A stretch of DNA of 64,000 nucleotides, taken from assembly GCA_965637545.1 (NCBI GenBank), contig OZ281495.1:22506001-22570000 (forward strand), in the 5' to 3' direction. The stretch's first letter is position 1, and every line of letters begins with the position of its first letter. The DNA is from Phallusia mammillata. Taxonomy: Eukaryota. A program made the translations under genes and the position numbers. This document shows, in pieces, positions 35,286 to 53,300 of the stretch. Below the pieces are notes generated by a model. It saw nothing but the letters and a program-made list of their open reading frames with translations. It was not told where the DNA came from and did no database searches.

Positions 35286-38013
35286 CAAAAACGGTAAACT
35301 GATATTACGTGAACAAACATATTACCCAAACTTTACCAAATGAAACAAAAAAATCCGGGATCCATTCTTTGCTATTTCTGGCATAATCGTGGGAACAACA
35401 ATGTGGCTGATTGTCTTTTTTCGATTCCATGAGAAATCACCATTGGCCCGTAGAAACCTTTCAAGCAATTTACTATGACTCATTCTGTGGTCTTCTCGTT
35501 CGACCGCACGCAATTGTGGCAACCGAGAACTGCTTAATGCGCTAACCCTATAATGCCACAAGCTAGAAGTCTTGAGAACGGGCGAGTATTGAGGATTCTT
35601 GCTAAACAACAATAAAACCACCCAGGGAATTAGGCTAGGGCCACTTGACACTCAATCCAACTTATGCCTTGAAGTTTTTGCGCGAGATCTCGGGTCCTTG
35701 CGCAACAAAGCGACGATCACCTTACGAAGAAACTTTTTCGTGGCAAACTGGCATTCCCAAATCGCACTTGAGCACAATATGTTGCTGTTCACACGGCAAA
35801 GCGAGAATGCCACGTACTGTGCACCGAAGTCTGGCATTTAAAACGTTTGGTGTAGTTTTACAAACAACGTTTCAAAGAAACAATGATTTAAGAACTGTGT
35901 TAAAATAAAAATCGGAAATCAATAAAAGAGTAGTTTGCTTTGTCGATCAAAGAATTTTTGTTTTTGAAAGGTTTCATTATCTTTAATTCTATTCTGTAAA
36001 AAAGGGGGCATAAACATAACGTAATTTTGCTTGTTTCAAATTTGTCTACGTCGAACTGGCAAGTTGACAAACCAAAATGAAACAACTTTCACACATCCCT
36101 GACCAGGAAACATCTACACAACATTGATTTAAACCGTTATTAATACCATTATCTAGGTTTTATCCTTGGAAATCGGGAATACCTTGTTGTCACCCTGCAA
36201 AGCGACGGTCTAATATTTTGGGTTAAAGGAACCGCGCCTTGACGCACATGACCCGCGGCGGTGCGCCACCCAAACAGGTTGTACCGGGTTACATGTACCC
36301 AAGTCGCCTATCGTCCATTGCCCTTATGGCGCTGGGCGTTGGTGACATTTCGCTTTCCAGGCAGGGCTTGTCGGTAACTTGAGAAGTCATGGACCTTGGA
36401 AAAATCATCACAGTTGCACCGTGAAAACCAAAACCCACTTACCTCCCGAATAGATTGCGACCCCCAAAGCGGTGGGTTGTCGACCTCGACTTTGTAATAT
36501 AACACCACAAGTTCAAATGTCCTCAACCTGCAGAGGAGTTAATTGTTTCAAGGCAATCACTTCAACAACTTTACCACCCCCCCTAGGCACGGTAGTGAAA
36601 GCCAAGTTTTCCTCACCTGACTCCAACAGTGGTTGCCTCCTCCCGCGACGACCATTCCGGCGGCGAGGAAGCGGATTTGTCTAGCTTCGTTGTCAATGGA
36701 ATTTCCGCAACTGCGAAATCAAAAATAAAATAGTCCATTCCCCATGTACAATTCCCAGCGAACGCAAGTCCGACAAGAAGCAATTGTGTTTTTGTAATTT
36801 TTTACTTCTAGTTTGTGTGTTTGATTATGATGTGTTTCTCATACTTTCACACTGGTTTATTCATGCTTTATATGTTTGCTTATATAGTTTGTGGTTACCA
36901 TTATGTTCACCTTTATCTTTCCAGCCATTTTGTTTCAACTTAACTTTACGTTTAAGCAGTTACCTTTAGAGCACAACAATTTTGCACAACAGTTTACTTT
37001 AATTCCTTCCCTTACATTTGCCTTCCGTTTTTTCCCCATAAGCCGATAGGACGCCGATATACATTGGATCAAGTGACATATACGTCGTTTTTTTTTTCAT
37101 TGTGATCGTCGAGAGCGTTTTTCTGATGTTTACGAGCCTTTTAGAAACAGCTTGTGATTGGATTCGTTCTCTCTAGGTTTCGCATATGCATAAATGGTTT
37201 ACATAAATTGCGAATCGTACGCAATTACTCTTAAGCTTTTGCGTTTCGTAAGAAGTGCATGAGTGTGTACTACAATTCAATCCTTTTGTGGCTGTCTGCT
37301 TCTGCAGTGTACGAAGGCAATTGGCAATCATATAATTGGTAATCGCCATATTTGTGACATATCTGGTAAAACTGTTTATGAGAGTTTTAACAATTATATC
37401 TTTCAGGTTTTAATCGAATTATACATCATAAACCAACATTAATGGCGTAGGATCACATGGATGCAAAACCTGCGGGCGTATGGCCTCATGCCGTCGCAGA
37501 GATGAGTTTATGCGGCCGTGTACATGTATAATAAATATATGTGTAATGGCGGCCGGGACGTGAATACAATATATTTGCTAAATATTTGGATTTCAAAGCT
37601 GCTCTAAGTTATAAGGGTAAATTTTTGGGAAATTCGACGTAAAATCTTTGTCCGGAAGTAATTTTCAAAAACACTCCAAACATCCGGAATGTCAGCGTCT
37701 TGTTGCGTAAAAACATATATTTTATTATATTACCTACCTACCTACAGTAGTTTTTATTTTTTTTCCCCTTAGCACGCTGTTTTTGATGTATGACGCTACC
37801 TACATTCGTGCAAAACAACTTTTCAGCATGCACTAAAGACAATTTGGTGATTTTTTTGCATCTTGGCAGCTATCGATACTCTGTTCAAAGGACCGTATAT
37901 CCTGTAAAACTTTGTGTTTTTGTGTTTTGTGACTTATTTTGACAAAAAATGAGTGTTTGGGATGGTTACATGTAACCACAGGCGATATAACGCATGTTTG
38001 ATGTCGCTTAAGA

Positions 38014-38171
38014 CAGGGGTCGGCAACCGTTTTTGCACTGCGGACCGTTTTGAAATCATCCCCGGGATACATGGGCAAAATGTTTAATAGGATTTAACCT
38101 GCAAACCTATACCGGTAACGAACTCCTCGCGGACCGGTACCGGGCCGCGGACCGGCGGTTGCCGACCACTG
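38014..38171. mobile_element. hAT MITE, copy 2 (internally deleted)
   Basis: caggggtcggcaacc ... ggttgccgaccactg. TSD gcttaaga / acttaaga (7/8). Confidence 0.9.
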
Positions 38172-38559
38172 ACTTAAGACGTTTATTGAAACCGTCCGGA
38201 ATTTTGCTCATCCAGATATGGCAACTCTACTCTAAGTAGATTTTGTAGGGCTGGAAAGAGTATTATTAACCCAGTAGCCGTTTTAGACTTTTTAAACGCC
38301 TATTATGTGCAAACAAAGGGTAGGTAGGTTGTAGATACATCAGAAACACCTACAAAAGCCTTTTTGTTTTTTGATAACTTCAACTTTATTCCTTATTTTA
38401 TTGACTAATTTACACATATGTCTATTTTGAGGTTTTTCATGATTAGGGATTCTTGTTTACTCTATTCGACCTGTTTAAAGCCGAAATTAGTACCTAATTC
38501 CAACACGAGTTTGCCATTTAAATTTTTTAAAGGGATCACAGGTCTTACAGGGATACTTC

Positions 38560-38626
38560 AAGGGGGCCACGAGGCCGAAAAGTTACTTTTAGGGGGCCAC
38601 GGTCTACAAAAGGTTGAGAACCACTG
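38560..38626. mobile_element. hAT-type element end fragment
   Basis: Repeated agggggccacg subterminal motif ending aaaaggttgagaaccactg, a Charlie-like TIR similar to the one at 63001. Confidence 0.55.
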
Positions 38627-39597
38627 TTTTAGGCCAAAGACATCCGTTTTTGTTATTTTGTTAAAAAAACATCAGTGAAAGGTCAACCTCAAGTAAAACT
38701 AATTACGTAACTTTGTGCCATGTATCGAATTGCCATGCAGTCACGGTGTAACAAAGAAACGACAAACAGGTTTAAGGTTTCACGAGAACCGAAGGAGATA
38801 ACACGTCTAACGTATTATACCGGGTAATATTCCACAACCGAGCCGCAGCATTTGAGAAGCGACCAGAGATAATTATATTTTGAAAACAGCGGACGTGCGC
38901 CGCTTCAGCAAAGAACTAGCAGAGGTCCTAAACAACCAGTTGTTTTCTGTTTTTATTAAAAGTTGCATACCATAAGAAAACATATACGACCGTTTTGGAC
39001 CACACACGTGATGGAACATCTGTTGAACATATGTAATCTATCCGTGTCGGTATGTTGAAACCGAAACTCGGAATGTGTACAAAAACGTGCGAATCGGGAA
39101 CTCATAAATACCAAGCCATGAAGCAGATGCGCGAAAATCTTATTTACAACATCGACATAAAGAAGAGATAAATACAAAATACTTGATGCTGATTGACATT
39201 AGACGATAATACTGTGCAAGGCAACAATAAACTCAGGTGACTTTCTTTGGTAAGTGGACCAGCACTTATACAGAAGAGTCAAAATTTGAAGGCAAAGTTT
39301 AAATGCAAATCCGTTTAAAAACACGCATAAGAATAAATGAAGAAAGCGAAGTGAAGTAACAAACGTAACCGCATAAGTTACTGTCGTACCACTGAGTAAC
39401 ATACATAGCAGCATAAGGAATGGTTTAGATTAAGTTCAGCAGTAACTTAGTATCGTTAATGTCTGTGTATAAGTAGAGGAAACAATTGGAATTAGAGCTT
39501 ATTAAATAGTTCTGCACAGTGAATTCTATTTGGCAACATTTATCTAAACCGTTGATAGATGAGGTACAAAGAAAAAACACACAACTCAATTGGCTTA

Positions 39598-44336
<4,739 letters not shown>

Positions 44337-47300
44337 CTACAACAAAATAGGAAGATTAACATCTTTTCACCTTTAAAGCGCCAAAACTAGTATCGAATTT
44401 ATGTCTTTCTACGCCACGTTGGATCTAAATAAAACGATTGGGTGCTCGCGGTTGTGATAGATCAACGCATCTTTGGAAACAAGTCAACTGCCGAACAACG
44501 CAGGCGCCAAAGGTGGATAACCGACGACTGATTGGTTGGTGATATCGTGCAGCCTTTTGACAGAATTGACATGGTTCAACACCTTCACGCCTTGCTTGTC
44601 CCGCGTGTCACTAGGTGCCGTGACAGGCTAATCCGGCGTGTCAAGGAGGCGAGAGCTCATTAAATCTTAATAGCTGCGTGATGCGTGACAAAAGGCTCGA
44701 GCGGTGCGCATTGCGTTTGATATACTGGACACGAAATGTATCATAAAATCCGCGGGCAAACAAAAGGCGCATCTTTAAAGGTGATATTTGAAACGTCGCG
44801 CTTCATTTCGTCGTGTGCGGAACCGTAACATGCGCCTTGCAACAATGTGTTTGCTTAGAAAGCGGGCAATGAAAGTGTGTTCACCGATGCTTTTGCTTCA
44901 ATCGACATCGCGGCAAGTAGGCAGCATATTAACTATTGTGGTTCTTTGTAGCGTAACCACTTGGCTGCCTCATGTTTCACGCCCCCGCGCCCCAAGGTCA
45001 AACGAATTTGCTACAACAAAGCCGAGCCGTGGTTTGGACTTCAGAGTTGCTAACTACCGGCGCTGGTGACATGCCGCCGTCGTGGTGCAGCCATGCCGTC
45101 GGCGGACCCAACATGAAAGCGATTACGGCGAAAATAGTTTGACTGCTCGAGGACAAGAGGATGAGGCGGCACCGTTGGGGCCGAAATGAAAGTCTTGAGC
45201 TGTTTGGTACTTGTCCGGCGTATCAAAACATAGAGGGTAAGTCTCCGCACTAGATTAGATAACGTCAAACAGGCGTGTTGGTCAGCCACTAAGAAGACTG
45301 CCTCGCGAGTCGCGCCGGAAAATGCACAACGACCGTGATTGATCACCTGAAGGCTGCCGTAAACATTTCACGAGTTGGTTAGGGAAAAAATGAGCAAGTT
45401 TTTAATGGCTGCAATCTCAATTACGTTTGAGGGGCTGATACTGTTAAATTACCGAAAACTTTGGAAAATTTGCATATACTTTGTTGTAAAGAATAAATCG
45501 GATTTACTTTCCCTTAGTCATAAACTTAGTTTGACCACCTGTGAACACACTACCTTACTCGATTTTCCAAGCCGTTCCTAAACACCATTTATCGTCTATA
45601 GTTACAAAATAAATGGACACCGTACCCTAGTCACCCACCTCCGGTGAAAAGAGATTCAAAGGCAGCGGGGTTAAAAGCCACACGCGCGCTGGGGTGTTAG
45701 GGGTGCGCTCTTGAAAACATGGCCACACACGGGGACAAAATTGTGGCACGGGCACAGAAGCAAAACTGATTCATGGAGGCCAGGCTAGCGATAACTGTAA
45801 ACAATCGCCCGAACGCACACGCGATCGTCGCCGATTTACGAGTGTCGCGGAGATGGGCTGGTTGCGGAACAATACCTGGGGCTCGCGAATGTCGACAAAT
45901 TAACAGTCGCCGCGGCCGACTTTGATACTTCTTATGAGAGAAAACAAAAACATCCCCTCGTTTGAAATCGGTGGCTGATCGCAAAAGCAATGTTTTTTTG
46001 TCAGAATCAAAGTTCTTTTGATGTTGCTTCTGAATGTCAAATACCCATCATATTTTCATGAAATTTTGGAAAAGTATATGTTGTTCAAAGTTTACAAACA
46101 CACACGCAATGTTTTGAATGAGATAGCAATGGTTTGTGTGCTGACAGTTAAATTAAATATTAAAGGATTGTTTCAAATTTTGTTTCAAAAAGGCGGTATA
46201 ACTGTTAAAAAACGTAACCTACGCATACGCGAGTTTTCATTTCCCATGTGGACTCAAACATTTTATGTAAACATCCACGTTTATATCCCGCGCTTGTTGG
46301 GACGGAGGACGACGATGAGACTGTCTGTCGTGCGCCTCAAGTTTGTGTTTCCGAATGGGACGTGTTGGCGTCCGGGCGCGCTCCACTACCAGCTTTGTTT
46401 TCGTCATATCTCCGCTGAATGCTATTTCACCAACTTTTACGTACTCTGGCGTGCGACATTTTGCAGGTGCGAGAGGTGCGCGCTTCGAGCATGGGCGAGT
46501 AGAAAATTAGCGCCCGGTGCTATATAGTCGGTTTCCGGATCGATGTACTTTAACCTGCTTTTGTGTAAAGTTCATATTGCGGATGACCAACATGCCATGT
46601 TTGACCTTTATTTAGACTGGACAATATGCCAAAGTTGTAGTATAGTGGTGGAAAACTTACTCACTTGTAAAACAATCATTATACTGGTCGATACCGTAGT
46701 GTTGTGTAATAAATTAAATATTGCAAGGTCGGACACAAACTTACGTCCGGACGCAAATGGAAGAACGGCGTCCTGTTACGAGATTATACAGAACTTCCCA
46801 CAAAACCACCCTATAGGTTTTTACCCAGACGCCAGATGTTGGGACAGAGTTTTGCAGCGTTACGCCCAATTACAATCGCAATGATTCGCGCAATTAACCG
46901 ACGGCTTGTACAGAATGACTAAATTCAAACTCGATCAAAACATGTAATGTAAATGCTTATTGCGATTTTATTTTCTCAGTTTAGGAAGAAATCGTGCTTA
47001 AATGTTTTTTGCGCAAGTACATGAAACATCAAATTGCAAATTGCAGCAGTTTTAATGTTTCTGTTAAAAAGTCTGAAACCCAACAATATTTTGCATTACG
47101 TGAAAACCTCTAGACGCCAATGTTATAAATAACACGACTTTTAATGTGACTAAGAACTCAGCGATAAATCATTTCGCAGTGACGCCTAATTATCGCCGCA
47201 ACGACTGTTGTCGCCTGTTTAGCGGGGTAATCCCGGTCAAGACCTTTGACCTTGGGTCGTTGCACCCGCCCACTGCAGGGCGTGCGAGTGGTCACTAAGT

Positions 47301-50300
47301 TGGGGTGATACGGGTAGCAGACTGCGGTTCACACGAGCAATACTTGTAATCGTGCTGAAAAACACTAGACGCCAAAACCAAGTGAGACTCCGGAACTCCA
47401 GAAACCGGGCACCTGTATTTGCCGCAACCTGAGGGGACGGATTTGACATTAGCGCCATGATTTTTTGCCACTATTTATTTCGGCAACTAAACTGTGATTT
47501 AATTGCTTAACGCTGTGGCGAGAAGTGGTCAGTACACAGACAAAAAGTTGGTGATAACAAAACTAAAAAAAACTGCCAATTATTATTTGGTGGCTGTTAT
47601 AAAATAGTTTAAACGCTGCAAAAAGCGCTACAATGTCTATTAATCGTACTTAAAATTTGTTGTTTTTACGCATTTGAAAAAGCTTAACAAGTGATAAAGA
47701 ACCAGACAGTTACAGTCACGCGTGATTGGAATTTGCCGGCTCGGGATCCGGTGATCGTTTTGATCTCAAGAAGAAGACACACCTACGAGGTTGGGCCGAA
47801 TCAAAACTCACGCGGCAAATTTTATTTAATTTGCGCAATTGCAAACGATTTTCACCAAAATTGTAAACTATCCTACAAAAAGGAAAAAATAATTGTATTT
47901 TACCTTGACGTATGCTGAAGTATCCGGCACAGTTTGCGTCATGACGGCTCCGCGGCTTTCGGATGCGCAATTCCCGGTCGTTGCTTGGTGATAATTATCA
48001 AGTGGAAGAAATTAAAACTGATCCTGAGTGATCCGCAGGTAAACACGGTGCTGTTCAAATCCGCTTGTGGTGCATTAACTAAATTGACAGCTCGCGACGA
48101 CACTTTGCTCTACCGAGTGCTGTATCAACATCAACGACAAAGCGATTGGAAAATGACGCCCACTGAACGACGACTGAGCTTTTTAAAGGCGCCCCGAAAA
48201 CGCAAAGCGCTCAACCCTAACCGGGGTTTACGATGGAACATCGGCTGTCGGCGAAAAAGGGGGTTCGGCTCCTGTGTGCACCCAAGCAAGAAAGATACGG
48301 GGAAACACAGCTTGGCTCCAGGGTCAGGCTCAATGCCGGCCCCAGCCGCAAGCCTACTGGAATACGTGAGAGTGACAGTGCGCGGGAGTAGCGCATTGAT
48401 CTGGATATTCGGCATTTGACAGATGAAAGATAGTTAGCAAGTGAGCAAAGCAGCGATGGCCTTGAAGCAGTTACCGCCGCCGGTCGCTTCGGTTCACTAC
48501 AAACAAAGACCTTGCAACGGCAGCCGATTTCCCACACCCCGCTACTAACGTGACGTTTGCCCACCTTTACCACCACGGCCCAGCAAATTTTAGTGAGGAC
48601 ATTTTGCCAAACCCATATTTCGAAAGCCACAGTGCATGGAAATGGGCAACCCACGCGTCGTCTTTCGTTGCTTCAATAAAAGCGTAACGACGTTCCCATT
48701 TCTCGCTAATCATATCTTGATGGTTATGGATGGAGAGCAGAGTCTTTCGAATTGTGAAGTAATATTGGACGTGGGTCCCAAAATCCATAATGTGTCCTGT
48801 CTGCAATTTGATCCCATTAAGTTAAAGGGGTTTAAAAATAGAACATTGTGGGTATCCTCCCTTGGGGAACTGCGGTTGGTAAGCGGACGTCATCATTCGT
48901 GTGGTCACCTAACAATCGCCTCTGCGCGCGTCATCACCTGGGAAAGATTATCAAGTTATTTGTTTGCGAGTGGAACTGGTTTAACGTAACCCGATCGTTC
49001 TTCAAACAAAATTGTAAGGGTCCAGGGCCAGATATGGATGTCAGAAAAAATGAGCTACTCGCAATAAAATGCGACATATAACTTCACGCTCAAGTGACGC
49101 TAGTCCCTCGTGTTTGTCTGATTTGGTTTAAAATAACGTTGCAGTTGGGTCTCGACAGTCTTTCGACGACTTGTATAAGGTAGATTGTTTCATGAAACTA
49201 ATACAATAATTTTTCCACTCGTTTCTATTTGCTGCAAACTTTTAGGGAAATGCTTCAAAAAAACATTCATAGACTCAAGTGAAACAAAAAATCGCATCTT
49301 ACCGAAAAAGTTTTACATTTAAAAAAAATGAAATAACAGACGTCAAGTTGCAATAGTGAACTTTAAACAAACATATTTTCGCAAATGCTTTTGTGCGTTA
49401 CAGAGTCGAGGCATACTATATGGACAAAACCGTCTAATGCACTTTTTGCGGTTACACGGATATCCTGACAAAGTAAATTCACCACTTTGATCATTGTAAT
49501 CCTGTACCCAGGCGCCCGACATCTCTTGAAGGGTCAACCTATCACAAACGGATAAGGGGTGGCACTGCATGTAAAGGACAAGATCATTTACACTGAAGTC
49601 CGTCATGCTTCCGATTGCGCGTGTGGAGAAGATAAATTCAGGTGGTCGGCGTCCTGTTCGTGGTCACAAGGCTACTCTGGGTCAGTAATAGCCTTTGTTG
49701 CATCCAGAGGCCGTTTTGTGCTAAAGTAAAGGTTTATTTTTCTAATCCCGTTTCAAGGTTGGTAATTTTGGCCCATATGCGAGTTTAGTTGGTGAGTCAT
49801 TGCGCCTTGCCTCTCTTAGCTGAAAGGTGTGGTTTGGTGTCTTTCCAGTCTAAGTGCAGTCCATAAACACTGCGGCTTATTTCAAAATATGGGGTAAAAT
49901 ATAAATTTTGCCTAATATTTTGCAAACTTAACTTCTGCATGTGAACAAAATTATAAATTACTATAATTCTAAGTTTAGGTGACCGAGCAATAAATAGCTG
50001 CAGGCCCAATGATTGAAAGCTCGCAACGCTAGTGACGTATTGCTCGTAGTTTTTCGTCAGTAGTGAAAGCAGTGACGAAAACTCCGCAGCCTCGAAACTG
50101 CTGCCTGTTGCCAACTTTCCAATCACACGGTAACAAAAAAAGATTAGCACGACAGGCGAAACGGGACCGACCCTTGCTGCTGACGTGGCCATAACAAAGC
50201 TGACGCTTGCACTGGCCGTAAAAAACTTGCATGTGACGTTATGCCTGGCCGCGTAGATAATTGCTAATGCGCAAGTGTGGCAATGGACGGCGCTAAAAAT

Positions 50301-53300
50301 ACGCCCCTTGCGGTGCTAGCTGTGTGTTTCAGAAAGACGAAACGGAAAGGGGTAAAATTGGTTCGAACCTTATATGGTCGCACCAGGGGCCGCTTTGTAC
50401 TTGAGTTTTATTCGTCTTGATTGTTTATTGACGATACGAATATCGTTGCTTACGTTGCCGCGCGCCATCTGCTGACGTCGATGTTTGAGCGCTGTGACGT
50501 AGTAGGCGGCTTCGCTAACGTGCGGATTGGCGTTGGACCTCGACGAAGGTCCCCCGAATAAATGTTTATATTTTCCCCAGAGCCTTTGTACTTGTCACGG
50601 GCTTCTGAAATGTAGAAGTGAAGGGAAATAAATAACTGACAATTGTTTGGGGTAGATCAATTATTCTAATGTCGTAAACTGTAGTTGAAATGCAAAAAAG
50701 ATTTTTCGAAAGGTCAGCAACCGAAACCTGAGCATTTCCTAAGAAAGTTGCAAGCATCCAAATCGTACAGTGACGACATGTCTAAAAGTGGTGTTAGTAA
50801 TACTATGTAAACGAAAATTGCTTCCGGTTACAATTGGCAGAAAAAAACCTGTTTAAATCAGAATTTATTTTTGGAACAGTAAATTGTTTATAATGCGGAA
50901 TCCAGACTTTTCAGCGTTGCAAAAATTCAAATCGCGCTTCAGGTATTCTAGTAACTTTTTTAACTTTCACCAGCATCAAAAAGAGAGCAAGTATTTGTGT
51001 AACATTGTTGTCAAAGATTATTTTGAAAAAAACATGCGGGAAAAAAACAATGTAGGTGAAAACGTTTGTTTGCCAATGCGTTATCGGCGAACCGAAACCG
51101 CAACAACCGGTCAACTATGCTTTCTGTAAGTATAACCGCCAACACATTTTTTACCGATAAAGAACGGAATTCCTTGTTTTTCTCCACGCGTGGTTGCATG
51201 AAAGCTATGCAATATATTACGGGTTGCCATCGGTTTGCGGTGAGCCAAAAGGACGAGGCCACGCGCCGTTGTAGCGGATTTGGTAACAACTGCCGGGGCG
51301 ATAAAGGCTCTGTTAAGCGCAGTCGCCCGTCGTACATGACTTGGCGCTAAAATGACACGTCCTGCGGGGGCCCGTGTGTCACAAAGTACAAGCAGCGCGA
51401 TGTTGTCGGGTTGGGATCCCGAGGTGCGTGATCTGTCGTCGTGCTTCACTGCAAGGCACGATACGACAATCCATGGCGAGTGTCGTACGGTTTCCGATTA
51501 ATGTAAGAACCTGGCGCAGTGGGAGAGTTGCGACCTGCTGGAGACTTGCGTCCTGTATGGAGTAGCGTCAGCGGAAGCTTCTGTACATTCGAACAACCAT
51601 TGCTTCGCGGGACTTAGATCCTGTAAACAGGAACTAACCCCTTTCTGGCGTTTAATATTTGCTCTTATTTACCAAAGGCACTACTTCGTATGGATTAATA
51701 CTATTACTGCATATTTTATGTGTTAATTTGCGCAGAGGTTTAAAACTGTATTTATTATGACAAATTTAATGTTTGCAGTTAGTACAAAAAATCTTTCATA
51801 AGATTGGCTTTGCCTTCCAAATGGAACGATTTGCTTCCTTAAACACTATAGATTATCACTACTCCAATCTTATAAGCGACTGATCCCGGATAATCAGCGA
51901 CAAATCCCATAATGACGCATCATTGAGCTACTCTCACGTTTCATGGCACTTAATTGCAAAGTGCTATAAGAAACATACGACAAAGCGACTGCAGGGTCAC
52001 ATCAGGTTTTGACAACATGCCCACAATAGATCAATCGTGCGGAGGCGGGGCAGGACTCCCATGTAATAAGGCTGCATGTCGTGGTGATAAACTGACAGAG
52101 TAAGGGAAGACAATACAGGTCAGGTTGCAACTGAACGATGATATCACAAGAGGCGACCCACCCTGAGAACGGTACAATTTTTATGAATGAACTCTCGTGA
52201 GAACCTGTGCGATGCGTAAACGCCAGCGGTAGTAGAAGTGTGTGGCCCTTGTGCGAACGGCGTGTCAAGGTTGCGACGCGCGCGAATGGACGTATTATGT
52301 CGGAACAGCGCCCGCCAATACTTCCACATGCTAGAGACATGTTGGCGGGGTTACACGAGTCTGATTCCAACCATGTGGAGGATGTTTTAGTTCGGCGTCA
52401 TCAAAGCCTCGACAATGTTGACAAAATCAGTTTATTGTCTGTCGAAAATTGAATCAGTTGGAAAGGCCGTGCGACAGTGCATTGCGCGTCCGCCCTGGGC
52501 TTTTTCAACAATTTATCGTAAAATACGCGGTAGCCAAGGTGGCGGCGACGGGCCAACGCAACAAGAACTCACAGGGAAAATTAGACATACATCCAAACGA
52601 TTGATCTCTATATAACTACTCAAAATGTTGTTGTTAATTTAGAAGTTCTTGCATTAGAACTTATCGCGATATAACTTCACACACAAGTTTACTTAAGGCT
52701 GGTCAACTCTTAAAAAATGAGTCAGTTTGTGCACAGTTAACACTGTTAACAGTTCGGAATTAAGTTACATACAAAATCACTCTAGTCGCATTAGTCATAA
52801 TAGTAGATGGAGCGTGTCCGAGTCAACAAGCGAGTTGCACGAACTGCTTCAACTCCAAGTCGTAATTTAAACTTACACGACATATCGCGTGCGTACACCA
52901 GCCTCCATCAAATCAAGATGTCGCCACGTTGTTTAAACAATATGTACGACGGCGCCCTCCCCACCCCCAGTGGTAAATGTACTAGAGACTGTATTAACTC
53001 CAATCCCCCGTTTCGATTTTGGTTTGAGCACGTAACGTTTGTTAAACTACATACACTTCGGGTGAACCCGCACGAACGACGGCTATTAATTGTATGTATC
53101 GTACCAAACTGTTGTGGGAGGCGCGATAACAGACAAGCATTGAGAAACAGTATTCGCAACAGCACGTTGTGGCAATTCACCCACTATTTATTTACTACGA
53201 TCAAGTACAGGGGAAACATGGTTACTGAATCCCAAACCGAAACTTTCTAGGAACTTGAATTTTGGGGTAATAATTATTTTAGCGGTACAATGAATTAAAA

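Noticed and set aside
35322-35908. Overlapping 60-110-aa ORFs on both strands
   Set aside because: No recognisable domain and no consistent exon chain.
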